Counted from the first letter of the stretch, positions 31,644 through 41,581 are shown. The stretch is 64,000 nucleotides of DNA from Peptococcaceae bacterium (GCA_022797295.1 JAAWKH010000007.1:1338-65337), one strand, 5' to 3'. The notes: a model not told the origin generated them from the sequence alone. Numbers and translations: made by a program.

Positions 31644-34451
31644 CTAAAAGCCCGTATCAATTTCAATGCTGCTGCCATTTTTGGATTTCCGCACCCGGAT
31701 TTGCTGCGGAATATTCTCCACCAGCTCCTCCCGATGGCTGATAATCCCCACCAGCTTGTTCGCGCCGGACAGGCTGAGCAAAATATCCAGCGCATTTTCA
31801 ATCGACTTGCGGTCCAGCGTGCCAAAGCCCTCGTCCACAAAAAGCACGTCCATCTGCACGCCGCCCAAATCACCGGAAACCGTGTCGGAAAGGCCCAGGG
31901 CCAGGCTCAGAGAGGCCTTAAAGCTCTCCCCGCCGGACAGGTTGCCCACCGGCCGCCGTTGCCCGGTGAAGTTGTCCTGAACCTCCAAATCCAGGCTGGC
32001 CTTGCTCCGCTTGTTGCCCGCCTCCTGCACCCGGAAAAGCTCAAACTGGCCGTCGCTCATCGGCAACAGCCGCCGGTTAGCCGCCGCGATAATATTATCA
32101 AAACCGGCCGCTTGAATATATTGCTCAAAGGTGATTTTGTTTTTCTCACTGATATTACCGCTGATTAGATTATAAAGCTGGCTGCAAAGTTGACTTTCCT
32201 GGCAAGCTGCAGCCAGCGGCTCTTTTTGTGCTGCAATATTTTGCTGCAAGCGACCGTTTTGGGTCAACCGCGTTTGTAGCAAATTGCTCTCCGTCTGCAA
32301 ATCAGCCGCCAGCTGCGCCTGCGCTTGCACCTGCTGCTGCAAAGCCGCCTCGTCAACCAAAACGCGCCCCTTGGCGTCCTCCATCGACTGGGCCAGCTGC
32401 TCCTTATTAGTCTGCACCGCCTGGTGATACTGAGTAAGAGTTTCCTCCGTTTGGCCGATTTCTTCCTCCGTTGCCAGTAAACTCTTAAACTGCGCCTCGT
32501 CCGCAAAACCTTTTTCTTGCAAAACCGCCGTAAATTCCGCCTGACAAGCCTCCACGCCCGTCTGCTGCTCACGTAAGCTTTGGCGCAAGGTTTCCAAACT
32601 GCCCGCCGCCGTACTTTGCAAACGCTGCACCTCTGCCGCCGCCTGCTGGGCCAGCTCAATCGCCTGTTTGACGCTGCCGGGCCGCGCCGCATTTTGCGGC
32701 AGGGTCGCTTCAATATAAGCCAGGCACTTTTGGCCCAGTTCCCTCTGTTTTTGTTTCTCGTCCTGAATTTTAGTGTCGATGTTCCGGGCCGCCTGCTGCA
32801 ACTGAGCTGTGAGCACCTCCCCTTTGGCTGTCTCCTCAGTTTGGGGTTGTCCGGCCTCGGCCAATGCCTTTAACACCTGCTGTTTAAGCTGTTCACCCTG
32901 CTTCTGCAAAACCCCTTTGGCCTTTTCCACCTCCTTTAGCAGATCATACTTGGCCTGCCTGGCTCGCTCCAGCGCAGCCTTGCTCTGCTTCAAATCCGCC
33001 TCAGTCACCGCCTCCGCCGGCAACTGGGCGGGTCTGGGATGATTGGTGGAACCGCAAACCGGGCAGGGCTGCCCCTCTGCCAGCGTTTGGGCCAAAATGC
33101 CGGCCCGGCAGTTTTCCAAAATCTGCTCCTGCTGCTTATATTCCCCATCCAGCTGATTATATCTATCTCGCGCAGCTTCAAAATTTTGCTGTTTTTTTCG
33201 CCATTCTTCTACATCTTCGTTGTAAGCCTTAATAACCTGGTGCAACAGCCTATTTAGCTCCCCAGCAACATGTTCCCATTCTTTCTGCTGCTGTTGACTT
33301 TTCGCCAGCTGCACCGGCGCTTGCTGCAACTGCTCCGGCGTTAGAACCGCCGCCGCCCGCTGCAACGCCGCCTCCGCCTGGGCCAATGCCTGGCTCTGCC
33401 GCTCAATCGCCGCCGCCGTTTTGGCAGCCTGCGCCTGGGTCCCCTGCCAACGCTGAAAAACCGGCTGCACCTCCCGCCGGGCCGCCTTTTGCCGCTGCAA
33501 AAGCTGAGCCTGCCCGTCCATTGCCGGCCCTTGCTCGGCCAGCCACCGCTGCCGCTCCTGATGTTCGGCCAGTCGGTCCAGCAGCTTATTATTTGTCTTC
33601 GCGTCGTTCAAGGCTGTCTTATGCTCGTCCAAAAGCTGATTAGCCGCCTGCAAATCTGCCTGCACCAGCGCTTTTTCCGCATAGTCCTCATCAATCAGCT
33701 TTTGTAGCAAATCCAACATTGCCGCCAAATCCCAAGCGCCGCCGCTGGCCGCCGTCTGCTCCTGCAACTTTTGCAAATCCTCAGCCAGCTGGCTTTTCGG
33801 CCCTGCCGCCGCCTCGTTGAAATATTGCACCACGCTGTTTTCCAGCCGTTTCTTCTCATTCAAGCCAGCGTTACGCCGCTCCCGCAACTTTTGCTCCAAG
33901 CGTTGGTAACGCTCCGTCATAAAAATGGTGCGCAAAATCTCCGTCCGCTCCTGAGTGGAAGCGTTCAGCAACTCCCAAAATTCGCCCTGGGCAATCATGG
34001 CAATTTGCTTAAACTGCTCAAAACTAATACTCAACAGCTCTTTTATCCGCCTATCGACCTGAGTTTTTCCCTCCTGCGGCGTTTCCACGCCACAATAAAG
34101 CACCGCTTTTTCCTTTTCCTCAATCAGTCCCTCGCCCCGCTGTTTAGCCCGCAAATAACCCGGTTGGCGATAAATGCGATATTCCTCGCCCTGGTGTGTG
34201 AAATAAAAATCCACATAGCTTTTGGTGCCAGGCGCAGCATACTGACTGCGCAAATTTTTGGTATCCCGATAATGGCCGCTGGTTTCACCATAAAGCGCAA
34301 AGCAAATCGCGTCAAAAATGGTAGTTTTGCCAGCTCCCGTATCGCCGGAAATCAGAAACAAACCCTTGCCGGAAAATTGGCTGAAATCAATTTCCAGCGG
34401 CTCATCCGCGTAAGGGCCAATCGCGCTGATAATCAATTTAATCGGTTTCAT
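31644..34451 (-). CDS. sbcC: Exonuclease SbcC (SMC-like ATPase).
   Basis: About 935 aa from MKPIKL, with the Walker A GDTGAGKTTIFDAI, a long coiled coil containing the CPVCGS zinc hook, and the C-terminal signature/Walker B LFVDEGFGTLD. Confidence 0.9.
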   Translation of the reverse strand: MKPIKLIISAIGPYADEPLEIDFSQFSGKGLFLISGDTGAGKTTIFDAICFALYGETSGHYRDTKNLRSQYAAPGTKSYVDFYFTHQGEEYRIYRQPGYLRAKQRGEGLIEEKEKAVLYCGVETPQEGKTQVDRRIKELLSISFEQFKQIAMIAQGEFWELLNASTQERTEILRTIFMTERYQRLEQKLRERRNAGLNEKKRLENSVVQYFNEAAAGPKSQLAEDLQKLQEQTAASGGAWDLAAMLDLLQKLIDEDYAEKALVQADLQAANQLLDEHKTALNDAKTNNKLLDRLAEHQERQRWLAEQGPAMDGQAQLLQRQKAARREVQPVFQRWQGTQAQAAKTAAAIERQSQALAQAEAALQRAAAVLTPEQLQQAPVQLAKSQQQQKEWEHVAGELNRLLHQVIKAYNEDVEEWRKKQQNFEAARDRYNQLDGEYKQQEQILENCRAGILAQTLAEGQPCPVCGSTNHPRPAQLPAEAVTEADLKQSKAALERARQAKYDLLKEVEKAKGVLQKQGEQLKQQVLKALAEAGQPQTEETAKGEVLTAQLQQAARNIDTKIQDEKQKQRELGQKCLAYIEATLPQNAARPGSVKQAIELAQQAAAEVQRLQSTAAGSLETLRQSLREQQTGVEACQAEFTAVLQEKGFADEAQFKSLLATEEEIGQTEETLTQYHQAVQTNKEQLAQSMEDAKGRVLVDEAALQQQVQAQAQLAADLQTESNLLQTRLTQNGRLQQNIAAQKEPLAAACQESQLCSQLYNLISGNISEKNKITFEQYIQAAGFDNIIAAANRRLLPMSDGQFELFRVQEAGNKRSKASLDLEVQDNFTGQRRPVGNLSGGESFKASLSLALGLSDTVSGDLGGVQMDVLFVDEGFGTLDRKSIENALDILLSLSGANKLVGIISHREELVENIPQQIRVRKSKNGSSIEIDTGF

Positions 34452-35599
34452 TAAGCACACCCGCCTCCTTAGCTGCCTGCTGCATAATCTGCATTTCCGC
34501 CGCGCTGATTTCACAGCCGTACATCAACTGGTAAAAATCAGCCAACAGCTCAGCAAAACTTTTATCTTTGGTCACATTACCGCCAACCGCCACCTGCCCG
34601 GCCGCCCTGGTGTGGGCGTTGTCATAAGCGATTTTCAAAGTGTTCGGATAATATTGCCTGAATATATCCATCGCATTGTTGATAGGAACCTCATCCGTCA
34701 ATATCGCATAAATGTAATCATCAGGAGCCAAAATATTTTCCGGCTGCAACAACTGCTGCAACTGGCCTTTCAGCTGGCGCACCTCACGCCGGGGACGTAG
34801 CGGAAGCAATTCAATATCCAGTTGACCTTTTGGCCCCAGCGTGATTAGCGGCGCAGATTTGGCATTGTTAATCTCCGAAAGCGAATACTTGAGAGGCGAG
34901 CCCGCATAGCGCACAGTTTGTCGGCCCACCGGCTGCGGCGCGTGGATATGCCCCAAAGCCACATAATCAAAGCCGGCAAAACAATCCACCGCCACCTTTT
35001 CCACATTGCCCACCGTCAAGGCAGAAGCACCCTCCGAGCCGGCCAATTCCGGGTCGGCAGCGTGCCCAGCCACAAACTGATGCGCCAGTAAAATATTGCG
35101 CTCAGCCGGGTCAAAAACCGCCTGGCTTAATGCCAAGGCCACCGCCTCATTGTATGAAGCAATTTCCGCCTCCGGGAAAAAATGGCGCACCTGCGAAGCC
35201 TTAATAAAAGGCAACAGAAAAAAATTGACCGAACCGAATTCATCTTCACAGCGATGCTGAAAAATTTTCCCCTCATATTTAGCAGCAATATAAAGCCGGT
35301 TCTTCTGAAACAAAGCGCTGCCAAAATTAAGCCGCTCGTCTGAATCGTGGTTGCCGCTAATAAGATAAGTATTTACTCCGCTAGCTGCCAAACTGCACAA
35401 AAAGTAATCCAACAGCTTCACAGCTTCCTCACTGGGAATTGATTTATCATAAACATCACCAGCAATCAGCACTGCGTCAACCTGCCGCTCCTTTATCAAA
35501 GATAAAATTTGCTCCAAAATATAACGCTGATCCTCAAGCAAGCTATAATCATTCAGGCTTTTACCAATATGTAAATCCGCCAAATGTAGCAGCTTCATC
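34438..35599 (-). CDS. sbcD: Exonuclease SbcD (Mre11-type phosphoesterase).
   Basis: Start at MKLLHLADLHIGK after an AGGAGG RBS. Calcineurin-like motifs GDVYD and GNHD are present, and the gene overlaps the sbcC start. Confidence 0.9.
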
Positions 35600-35830
35600 A
35601 TTTTTCCTCCTTTAATAGCTGTTTTTTCTTGCCAAAATTGCAATTTGTTAGTTAAAACGCCATTTGCCGGCTGGTTTTCCACCGTTTTCCACACTTTTCC
35701 ACAGACTTATCCACATCCTTGTGAATTGCGACAGCCTTTTTCCTGAGCGGTTTCCCGTCGCCTGCCAAAATCTGCGGTTGAAAACCTGCACAACTTTATT
35801 ACACATTTTCCACGAGAAAGTTTATTATAA

Positions 35831-35860
35831 TAAAAATCCCTCGCTTAACGAGGGATTTTT
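35831..35860 (-). terminator. Intrinsic terminator downstream of the minus-strand tRNA cluster.
   Basis: AAAAATCCCTCGCTTAACGAGGGATTTTTA is a palindrome with T-runs on both strands. Confidence 0.7.
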
Positions 35861-35938
35861 ATTGTCTAATTTTAGCATTCTGTCTGTGCTTTGCAATGAC
35901 AGTTCCGGCTTGAGCTACCGGAACATAAACCGCAAAAG

Positions 35939-36015
35939 TGGCGTGCTACGAGGGATTCGAACCCCCGACCTTCTGGTCCGTAGCCAGACGCTCTATCCAG
36001 CTGAGCTAGTAGCAC
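35939..36015 (-). tRNA. tRNA-Arg (anticodon ACG).
   Basis: The reverse complement folds as a cloverleaf with anticodon loop CTACGGA, T-loop GGTTCGAATCC and a 3' CCA. Confidence 0.85.
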
Positions 36016-36031
36016 ATATATTTATTAAAAG

Positions 36032-36126
36032 TGGCGGAGAGCAGGGGATTCGAACCCCCGATACAGGTTTTTGCCCGTATACTCGCTTAGCAGGCGAGCG
36101 CCTTCGACCGACTCGGCCAACTCTCC
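36032..36126 (-). tRNA. tRNA-Ser (anticodon GCT), class II with a long variable arm.
   Basis: Reverse complement GGAGAGTTGGCCGAGTCGG...CTGCTAA...GGTTCGAATCC...CCA, with a long extra arm. Confidence 0.85.
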
Positions 36127-36142
36127 ATGTCAAGTGCGTAAA

Positions 36143-36231
36143 TGGCGGAGAGGGTGGGATTCGAACCCACGACACATTGCTGTGCGACGGTTTTCAAGAC
36201 CGCTCCGTTATGACCACTTCGGTACCTCTCC
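36143..36231 (-). tRNA. tRNA-Ser (anticodon TGA), class II.
   Basis: Reverse complement GGAGAGGTACCGAAGTGG...CTTGAAA...GGTTCGAATCC...CCA. Confidence 0.85.
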
Positions 36232-36377
36232 ACGGCAATGCACCCATCAATCACGCATAAAACATTATACAAAACTATGCGCCAAATGTCAATAGCTTGG
36301 GCCAATTTTTGTTAAATATTTTTCTGATATTTATTAAAGCCCCACGAATTTTATAATCCGCAGGGCTTTTTGCAAAA

Positions 36378-36914
36378 TTACAGACCGATTGCCGGGAACA
36401 GCAAAAACATAGAGATTATGCCAATAGCCAGATTGCAAACGCCAGCAGCCTTGGTCAGCGCCGGGCTGCCTGTGTACCAGGCCGGAACCAGCACAGCCAG
36501 CAGCACGTCAATCACAATCAAATCCACACCAAGCGGCCAAACCAGACCATCCTGAAATGCTTTAACAGTGAAGCCCAGGCACAGGATGAGGCCGCAAGCA
36601 AAAAAGTGTGCATAAACCTTCTTGTCGCCGCCTTTCAGGAAGAACAGCCCCACCAGCACCCAGAACAGGCCAAAAAAGCCAAAAACAGTGCCCAGATAAA
36701 TGCTATGGCCGCCGCCCACCGAGAAAAGGTACATGCACAGCGCTGTGAACAACTGCGCACAGCCGCCGAACAAAATGGCGATAAGCCCCAACGAGGTGGT
36801 CAGCTTGGCATGGTCAGCGCCTTTAACGCCCACGCCCACTTGCTCCAGGCCAAAACAGATTACAGTGGCAATCAGGCCAAACAAGCCGATCGCTTCGGGG
36901 TTTACAGGTAACAT
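36378..36914 (-). CDS. GPR1/FUN34/YaaH (SatP) family acetate/succinate transporter-like membrane protein.
   Basis: 178 aa with 6 TM segments. The N-terminal NPEAIGLFGL resembles the family signature NP(A/V)PLGL. Confidence 0.55.
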   Translation of the reverse strand: MLPVNPEAIGLFGLIATVICFGLEQVGVGVKGADHAKLTTSLGLIAILFGGCAQLFTALCMYLFSVGGGHSIYLGTVFGFFGLFWVLVGLFFLKGGDKKVYAHFFACGLILCLGFTVKAFQDGLVWPLGVDLIVIDVLLAVLVPAWYTGSPALTKAAGVCNLAIGIISMFLLFPAIGL

Positions 36915-37095
36915 CTTTCATCTCTCCTTTTATTTAATAGTTTAACTATAACTTATTCAAGCACTGTTTGTCAAGAAAAATCGTTTCAAATCCTCATTTT
37001 TTTTCTGCATGGCTCTTTTCAAGCTGGACATTCTGTCATTTCTGTGCTATAATTTGCGTATATATACCAAGCGTTTTTTCAGGAGGATTTTTTTA

Positions 37096-38427
37096 ATGGG
37101 AAAATATTTCGGCACTGACGGTTTCCGCGGCGAGGCCAATGTTGATTTAACCGCTATGCACGCCTACAAAATCGGCCGTTTTTTGGCCGGCTACTATCGC
37201 CAGCTCCGCGGCCGGCGTTGTAAATTTGTAATCGGCAAGGACACGCGCCGTTCCAGCTATATGTTGGAATATGCCCTGGTAGCCGGCCTAACCTCCAGCG
37301 GCGGCGACGCCTACCTGCTGCATGTAACCACCACGCCCAGTGTTTCCTATGTTGTGCGCACGGAGGATTTTGATGCGGGCCTGATGATTTCGGCCAGCCA
37401 TAACCCTTTTTACGACAATGGCATTAAGCTACTAAACGACCGCGGCGAGAAAATGGACGCCGACACCATTGCTCTGCTGGAGGATTATCTCGACACCAGC
37501 TCGCCGGAACCCAAACTGGCCGCCCGTGATGAAATTGGCCGCACAGTAGATTACACCGCTGGCCGCAACCGTTATATGGGCTATCTTATTTCGCTGGCAA
37601 TGCGCTCCTATCGCGGCATGCGCGTTGGCCTGGATTGTGCTAATGGTAGCGCCTGGATGTTGGCTAAAAGCATTTTCGACGCGTTGGGCGCTAAAACTTA
37701 TGCCATCAACAATGAACCGGACGGCACAAACATCAATATGAACTGCGGCTCCACCCACATTGAGGAACTGCAAAACTTGGTGCGCGAGCTGCACTTGGAT
37801 GTTGGCTTTGCTTTTGATGGCGACGCTGACCGTTGCCTGGCTGTTGATGAGCAGGCCCAAATCGTTGACGGTGATAAAATTCTTTATATTTATGGACGTT
37901 ATATGAAAGAGCGTGGCAAGCTGATAAACAATACTGTTGTCACCACTGTTATGTCCAATTTGGGCCTTTACAAAGCATTTGATGAGTTTGGCATAGATTA
38001 TGAGCAAACGGCCGTGGGCGACCGTTTTGTCTATGAGAATATGCTGCAAAACGGCCATCGTCTTGGCGGCGAGCAATCTGGCCATATCATTTTCAGCAAA
38101 TATGCTTCCACTGGCGACGGTATACTCACCGCCATTAAATTGATGGAAGTTATTCTGGAACGCAAAGTACCGCTTTCCAAATTGGCCGAACCGGTGCATA
38201 CCTATCCACAGCTGCTGCAAAATGTGCGAGTAGCGGACAAAGAAACTGCGCTACAAAACCCTGTTCTGCAACAGATGACCACACAAATTGAGCAGCAACT
38301 GGCCGGCGACGGACGTGTGCTAATCCGCCCCAGCGGCACAGAACCAGTAATTCGAGTAATGGTGGAAGCCGCCACCGATGAGCTTTGCAAGCAATATGTG
38401 GAACAGTTGGCTGCCGTTATCAAATAA
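37096..38427 (+). CDS. glmM: Phosphoglucosamine mutase.
   Basis: Start at MGKYFGTDGFRG after an AGGAGG RBS. Active-site motif SASHNP and the GlmM-like GEQSGH are present. Confidence 0.9.
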   Translation: MGKYFGTDGFRGEANVDLTAMHAYKIGRFLAGYYRQLRGRRCKFVIGKDTRRSSYMLEYALVAGLTSSGGDAYLLHVTTTPSVSYVVRTEDFDAGLMISASHNPFYDNGIKLLNDRGEKMDADTIALLEDYLDTSSPEPKLAARDEIGRTVDYTAGRNRYMGYLISLAMRSYRGMRVGLDCANGSAWMLAKSIFDALGAKTYAINNEPDGTNINMNCGSTHIEELQNLVRELHLDVGFAFDGDADRCLAVDEQAQIVDGDKILYIYGRYMKERGKLINNTVVTTVMSNLGLYKAFDEFGIDYEQTAVGDRFVYENMLQNGHRLGGEQSGHIIFSKYASTGDGILTAIKLMEVILERKVPLSKLAEPVHTYPQLLQNVRVADKETALQNPVLQQMTTQIEQQLAGDGRVLIRPSGTEPVIRVMVEAATDELCKQYVEQLAAVIK

Positions 38428-38444
38428 TTTTCAAAATACGCCAA

Positions 38445-38480
38445 AAAAGGCTGCATTTCGTTTTTGAAATGCGGCCTTTT
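38445..38480 (+). terminator. Intrinsic terminator after glmM.
   Basis: AAAAGGCTGCATTTCGTTTTTGAAATGCGGCCTTTT. Confidence 0.75.
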
Positions 38481-38498
38481 ATTGATGCCTTAGCAACT

Positions 38499-38933
38499 CT
38501 AAACAAGGCAACTGCTATCTGACGACAACATATCCTCAAGCTCTTTAGCTGCTGCCTCAACAATTTTATGACAAGGATTATCATATCCCTCAAAATTTTG
38601 ATTTTGCAAGGAACAACATTGCAGTGAACCAAAATTACTTATGTAAAAATCTGTAAAATCATTAACCATAGTGTAACCAATTATGTTATCGCAATCTGTC
38701 CTCCCCTCTTGGGCAGTAAAAAGACCAATCATTGCAATCGCAACTGTGTATGCACCGCAACATGAAAGCTCCGTTTGCATCCCAAGGCCCATTATTGAAA
38801 ACATTTTACGTGTTTCTTCGTTTAAATTCAAGTTATAATATTCATTACAGGCCTTAAACATTGCTTCAGCACAGCTTAATTCTGTATCAACATGATATTT
38901 GTTCACCAACTCATACAACTTCATAGCAAACAC
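38499..38933 (-). CDS. C_GCAxxG_C_C family small Cys-rich protein (putative redox-active).
   Basis: 144 aa with SCAEAMF...CGAYTVAIAMIG...C...CC spacing, like the C-GCAxxG-C-C family. It is AT-rich and sits at the edge of the TA array. Confidence 0.5.
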   Translation of the reverse strand: MFAMKLYELVNKYHVDTELSCAEAMFKACNEYYNLNLNEETRKMFSIMGLGMQTELSCCGAYTVAIAMIGLFTAQEGRTDCDNIIGYTMVNDFTDFYISNFGSLQCCSLQNQNFEGYDNPCHKIVEAAAKELEDMLSSDSSCLV

Positions 38934-39136
38934 CCCAAAATATATTTTTGCTTTTAGTTTAACACAATATTAATCTAATTGCAACAATTATATTGATTTT
39001 TCGTCATAAAATTACTGTTGTTTTTATATTAGAACCCTAAATTATATTTTGATTTTTCTCCCAAAATATTCCATTTTATTACAAGTTATGTTATAATATA
39101 TTTGATTATCGCCTCTGGCAGATTGGAGGTGTTAAG

Positions 39137-39226
39137 ATGACTGTACTTTGTTCGATTGCCACTGTTATATTGGGTAATATAATCTCCTATTATATTATCA
39201 AATGGTTGGATAGCAGAATGCGATAG
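39137..39226 (+). CDS. Fst/par-like type I toxin peptide, cassette 1: MTVLCSIATVILGNIISYYIIKWLDSRMR.
   Basis: TGCTATAAT extended -10 at about 39106-39114 and a GGAGGTG RBS 7 nt upstream. One TM helix plus a basic C-terminus, followed by intrinsic terminator 39271-39300. Confidence 0.7.
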   Translation: MTVLCSIATVILGNIISYYIIKWLDSRMR

Positions 39227-39267
39227 ACAGCCTAGGTTTCAGGTCGTACCTACATATAAACGGCACA

Positions 39268-39337
39268 GAAAAACCCCCGTTGCAGCGGGGGTTTTTCGTT
39301 GTACATTTTTGTGTTAAAATGACCGCACTTTTTGTTC
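39268..39337 (-). ncRNA. Putative antitoxin antisense sRNA, cassette 1.
   Basis: Minus-strand promoter TTGACA(39372-39367)-N17-TATAAT(39349-39344). The transcript contains GTGTTAAAATGACCGCAC, complementary to the toxin TIR GTGTTAAGATGACTGTAC, and ends at the shared bidirectional terminator AAAAACCCCCGTTGCAGCGGGGGTTTTT. Confidence 0.55.
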
Positions 39338-39343
39338 ATCATT

Positions 39344-39372
39344 ATTATACCACCCGCTCACCCTTTTGTCAA
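39344..39372 (-). promoter_or_regulatory. Consensus sigma-70 promoter (TTGACA-N17-TATAAT) for the cassette-1 antitoxin RNA. The same promoter recurs in every cassette.
   Basis: Direct reading of the minus strand: TTGACAAAAGGGTGAGCGGGTGGTATAAT. Confidence 0.6.
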
Positions 39373-39580
39373 TACAAAAATCATCCTCCCATTTCTGAGA
39401 GGATGACTTCTTTATCTTAGTGCTTTGCCGCAGGCAGCTAGCACAAGATTAATCTTCATTTTACTTGCTGTTCAGCCCACGAACACATCTTACAAAATTT
39501 CTCCCAAAATATTCCATTTTATTACAACTTATGCTATAATATAGCTAATCTATCGCCTCTGGCAGAAAGGAGGTGTTAGA

Positions 39581-39673
39581 ATGATTCTACTTAGCACAAT
39601 CGCCGCAACTATCGTGGGTAATGTAGCTTCCTACTACATTATCAAATGGCTGGATAGTCGCAACAGGCGATAG
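39581..39673 (+). CDS. Fst/par-like type I toxin peptide, cassette 2: MILLSTIAATIVGNVASYYIIKWLDSRNRR.
   Basis: Same promoter/RBS architecture, with terminator GAAGCCCGGACTCCTACCTCCGGGCTTC at about 39697-39730. Confidence 0.7.
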   Translation: MILLSTIAATIVGNVASYYIIKWLDSRNRR

Positions 39674-39694
39674 CAGCCTGGGCCGAAGCAGTGC

Positions 39695-39778
39695 CTAAAA
39701 ACTGAATAGAAGAAGCCCGGACTCCTACCTCCGGGCTTCTTCGTTGTGCATTTTGTGATAGAATGATCCTACTTATTA
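39695..39778 (-). ncRNA. Putative antitoxin antisense sRNA, cassette 2.
   Basis: Promoter TTGACA(39813-39808)-N17-TATAAT(39790-39785) on the minus strand. It contains GTGATAGAATGATCCTACTTA, complementary to the toxin TIR GTGTTAGAATGATTCTACTTA. Confidence 0.55.
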
Positions 39779-39987
39779 CTTTTTTATTATACCACCCGCT
39801 CACACTTTTGTCAATAAAAAATTAGTTGTGCTTACCGCAGCCACTGAGCAGAAGATTAATCTTCGTTTTACTTGCTGTTTAGCCCACGAACACATCTTAC
39901 AAAATTTCTCCCAAAATATTCCATTTTATTACAACTTATGCTATAATATATTTGATTATCGCCTCTGGCAGATTGGAGGTGATATAT

Positions 39988-40077
39988 ATGTATTTCTTGT
40001 TATCCATAGTTTCTGCCGTTATTGGTAATGTACTTTCCAACTACATTATCGACTGGCTGAACGGTAGATGGCGATAA
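39988..40077 (+). CDS. Fst/par-like type I toxin peptide, cassette 3: MYFLLSIVSAVIGNVLSNYIIDWLNGRWR.
   Basis: TGCTATAAT at about 39943-39951 and a GGAGGTG RBS. Terminator at about 40112-40145. Confidence 0.7.
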   Translation: MYFLLSIVSAVIGNVLSNYIIDWLNGRWR

Positions 40078-40109
40078 TTCAGCCTGGGCCTAAGCTGTGC
40101 CTACAAACA

Positions 40110-40186
40110 GAATAGAAGAACCCCCGCGGCAACGGGGGTTCTTCGCTGTGCATTTTGTGATACATATGCATTTCTTGTTTATATCC
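40110..40186 (-). ncRNA. Putative antitoxin antisense sRNA, cassette 3.
   Basis: Promoter TTGACA(40222-40217)-N18-TATAAT(40198-40193). It contains GTGATACATATGCATTTCTTGTT, complementary to the toxin TIR GTGATATATATGTATTTCTTGTT. Confidence 0.55.
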
Positions 40187-40444
40187 GCAAATATTATAGC
40201 ACAATTCCTAACTCTTTGTCAAGCACTTTATCCCGCAAAGAAGTCATCCTCCCATTTCTGAGAGGATGACTTCTTTATCTTAGTGCTTTGCCGCAGGCAA
40301 CGAGCACAAGATCAATCTTCGGTTTGCTTGCTGTTCAGCCCACAAACACATCTTACAAAATTTCTCCCAAAATATTCCATTTTATTACAACTTATGCTAT
40401 AATATAACCAATCTATCGCCTCTGGCAGAAAGGAGGTGTATACG

Positions 40445-40537
40445 ATGTCCCTTATCTTTACATTCGCCGCAACTATCGTGGGTAATGTAGCTTCCTATTA
40501 CATTATCAAATGGCTGGATAATTGCATCAGGCGATAG
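40445..40537 (+). CDS. Fst/par-like type I toxin peptide, cassette 4: MSLIFTFAATIVGNVASYYIIKWLDNCIRR.
   Basis: TGCTATAAT at about 40395-40403 and a GGAGGTG RBS. Terminator 40575-40603. Confidence 0.7.
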   Translation: MSLIFTFAATIVGNVASYYIIKWLDNCIRR

Positions 40538-40574
40538 CAGCCTGGGCCTAAGCTGTGCCTACAAACAGAATAGA

Positions 40575-40640
40575 AGAACCCCCGCGGCAACGGGGGTTCT
40601 TCGCTGTGCATTTTGTGATACGATGCCCTTTATCTTTTAC
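40575..40640 (-). ncRNA. Putative antitoxin antisense sRNA, cassette 4.
   Basis: Promoter TTGACA(40675-40670)-N17-TATAAT(40652-40647). It contains GTGATACGATGCCCTTTATCTTTTAC, complementary to the toxin TIR GTGTATACGATGTCCCTTATCTTTAC. Confidence 0.55.
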
Positions 40641-40775
40641 GGTTATATTATACCACCCGCTCACCCTTTTGTCAATACAAAAATCATCCTCCCATTTCTG
40701 AGAGGATGACTTCTTTATCTTAGTGCTTTGCCGCAGGCAGCGAGCACAAGATTAATCTTCGGTTTACTTGCTGTT

Positions 40776-40921
40776 AACCTCGCAAGTACAGGTTTGAGTA
40801 AAATTTTTAATCGTCGTTTTCAATTTTTACGCCTTGCGGCGGAGCCTGCCTATATTGGCCTCCCGGCATGCTCAAGGGGAGCTGCCCCTGATTTTGAAAC
40901 CGGGCCAGTTTGTTTTTTAAC
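40776..40921 (+). repeat. About 146-bp structured repeat element, copy 1, inserted in the 5' leader region of cassette 5.
   Basis: About 93% identical to 41816-41950. It contains several stem-loops (GAGCCTGCC...GGCATGCTC; AGGGGAGCTGCCCCT; AACCGGGCCAGTT). It is absent from the equivalent position in the other cassettes. Confidence 0.75.
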
Positions 40922-41060
40922 CCTGTGTCGTCAGCTAGTAGCAATGTTAGTTACTTTGCTAGCCAACATTTTTCTTCCAAAATATTCCATATTTGCCCAA
41001 GCTATGCTATAATATATTTGCCGCAGTTCACATATATGCGGAGGAGGGAGGTGGGCGTAT

Positions 41061-41150
41061 ATGCTGAAGCTTTTACTAACTCTGCTCGGCACCGTACTTA
41101 CAAACGTAATTTCATATTACATTTGCAAATGGCTAGACGGTGATAAATAA
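41061..41150 (+). CDS. Fst/par-like type I toxin peptide, cassette 5: MLKLLLTLLGTVLTNVISYYICKWLDGDK.
   Basis: TGCTATAAT at about 41008-41016 and a GGAGGGAGGTG RBS. Terminator 41183-41213. Confidence 0.7.
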   Translation: MLKLLLTLLGTVLTNVISYYICKWLDGDK

Positions 41151-41182
41151 ACTAGCCGTGTGTAGACTACCTTAAAAGTTAG

Positions 41183-41250
41183 AAAACCCCCGTTGCAGCG
41201 GGGGTTTTCGTTTCCGTACATGCTTAACTTTTCCTAACTCTTTTTTGTTC
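41183..41250 (-). ncRNA. Putative antitoxin antisense sRNA, cassette 5.
   Basis: Promoter TTGACA(41286-41281)-N18-TATAAT(41262-41257). It contains TACATGCTTAACTTTTCCTAACTCT, complementary to the toxin TIR TATATGCTGAAGCTTTTACTAACTCT. Confidence 0.55.
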
Positions 41251-41488
41251 ATCCTTATTATACCACCCATACCACCCTTTTGTCAATACAAAAATCATCC
41301 TCCCATTTCTGAGAGGATGACTTCTTTATCTTAGTGCTTTGCGCAAGCACAAGATTAATCTTCGTTTTACTTGCTGTTCAGCCCACGAACACATTTTACA
41401 AAATTTCTCCTCAAAATATTCTATTTTATTACAACTTATGCTATAATATATATAATTCTATCGCCTCTGGCAGAAGGGAGGTGATTTA

Positions 41489-41581
41489 ATGAACTTATTA
41501 ATTTCCATAACCACTGCCGTAGTGGCAAATGTAATTTCCTATTACATTTGTAAATGGCTGGACGGCAGAAAAAGGCGGTAG
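41489..41581 (+). CDS. Fst/par-like type I toxin peptide, cassette 6: MNLLISITTAVVANVISYYICKWLDGRKRR.
   Basis: TGCTATAAT at about 41439-41447 and a GGGAGGTG RBS. Terminator 41617-41648. Confidence 0.7.
   Translation: MNLLISITTAVVANVISYYICKWLDGRKRR

Noticed and set aside
36326-36370. A possible hairpin terminator (AAAGCCC...GGGCTTTTT) between the tRNA cluster and the SatP-like gene.
   Set aside because: The 7-bp stem has a ~22-nt loop, so the structure is too weak to call confidently.
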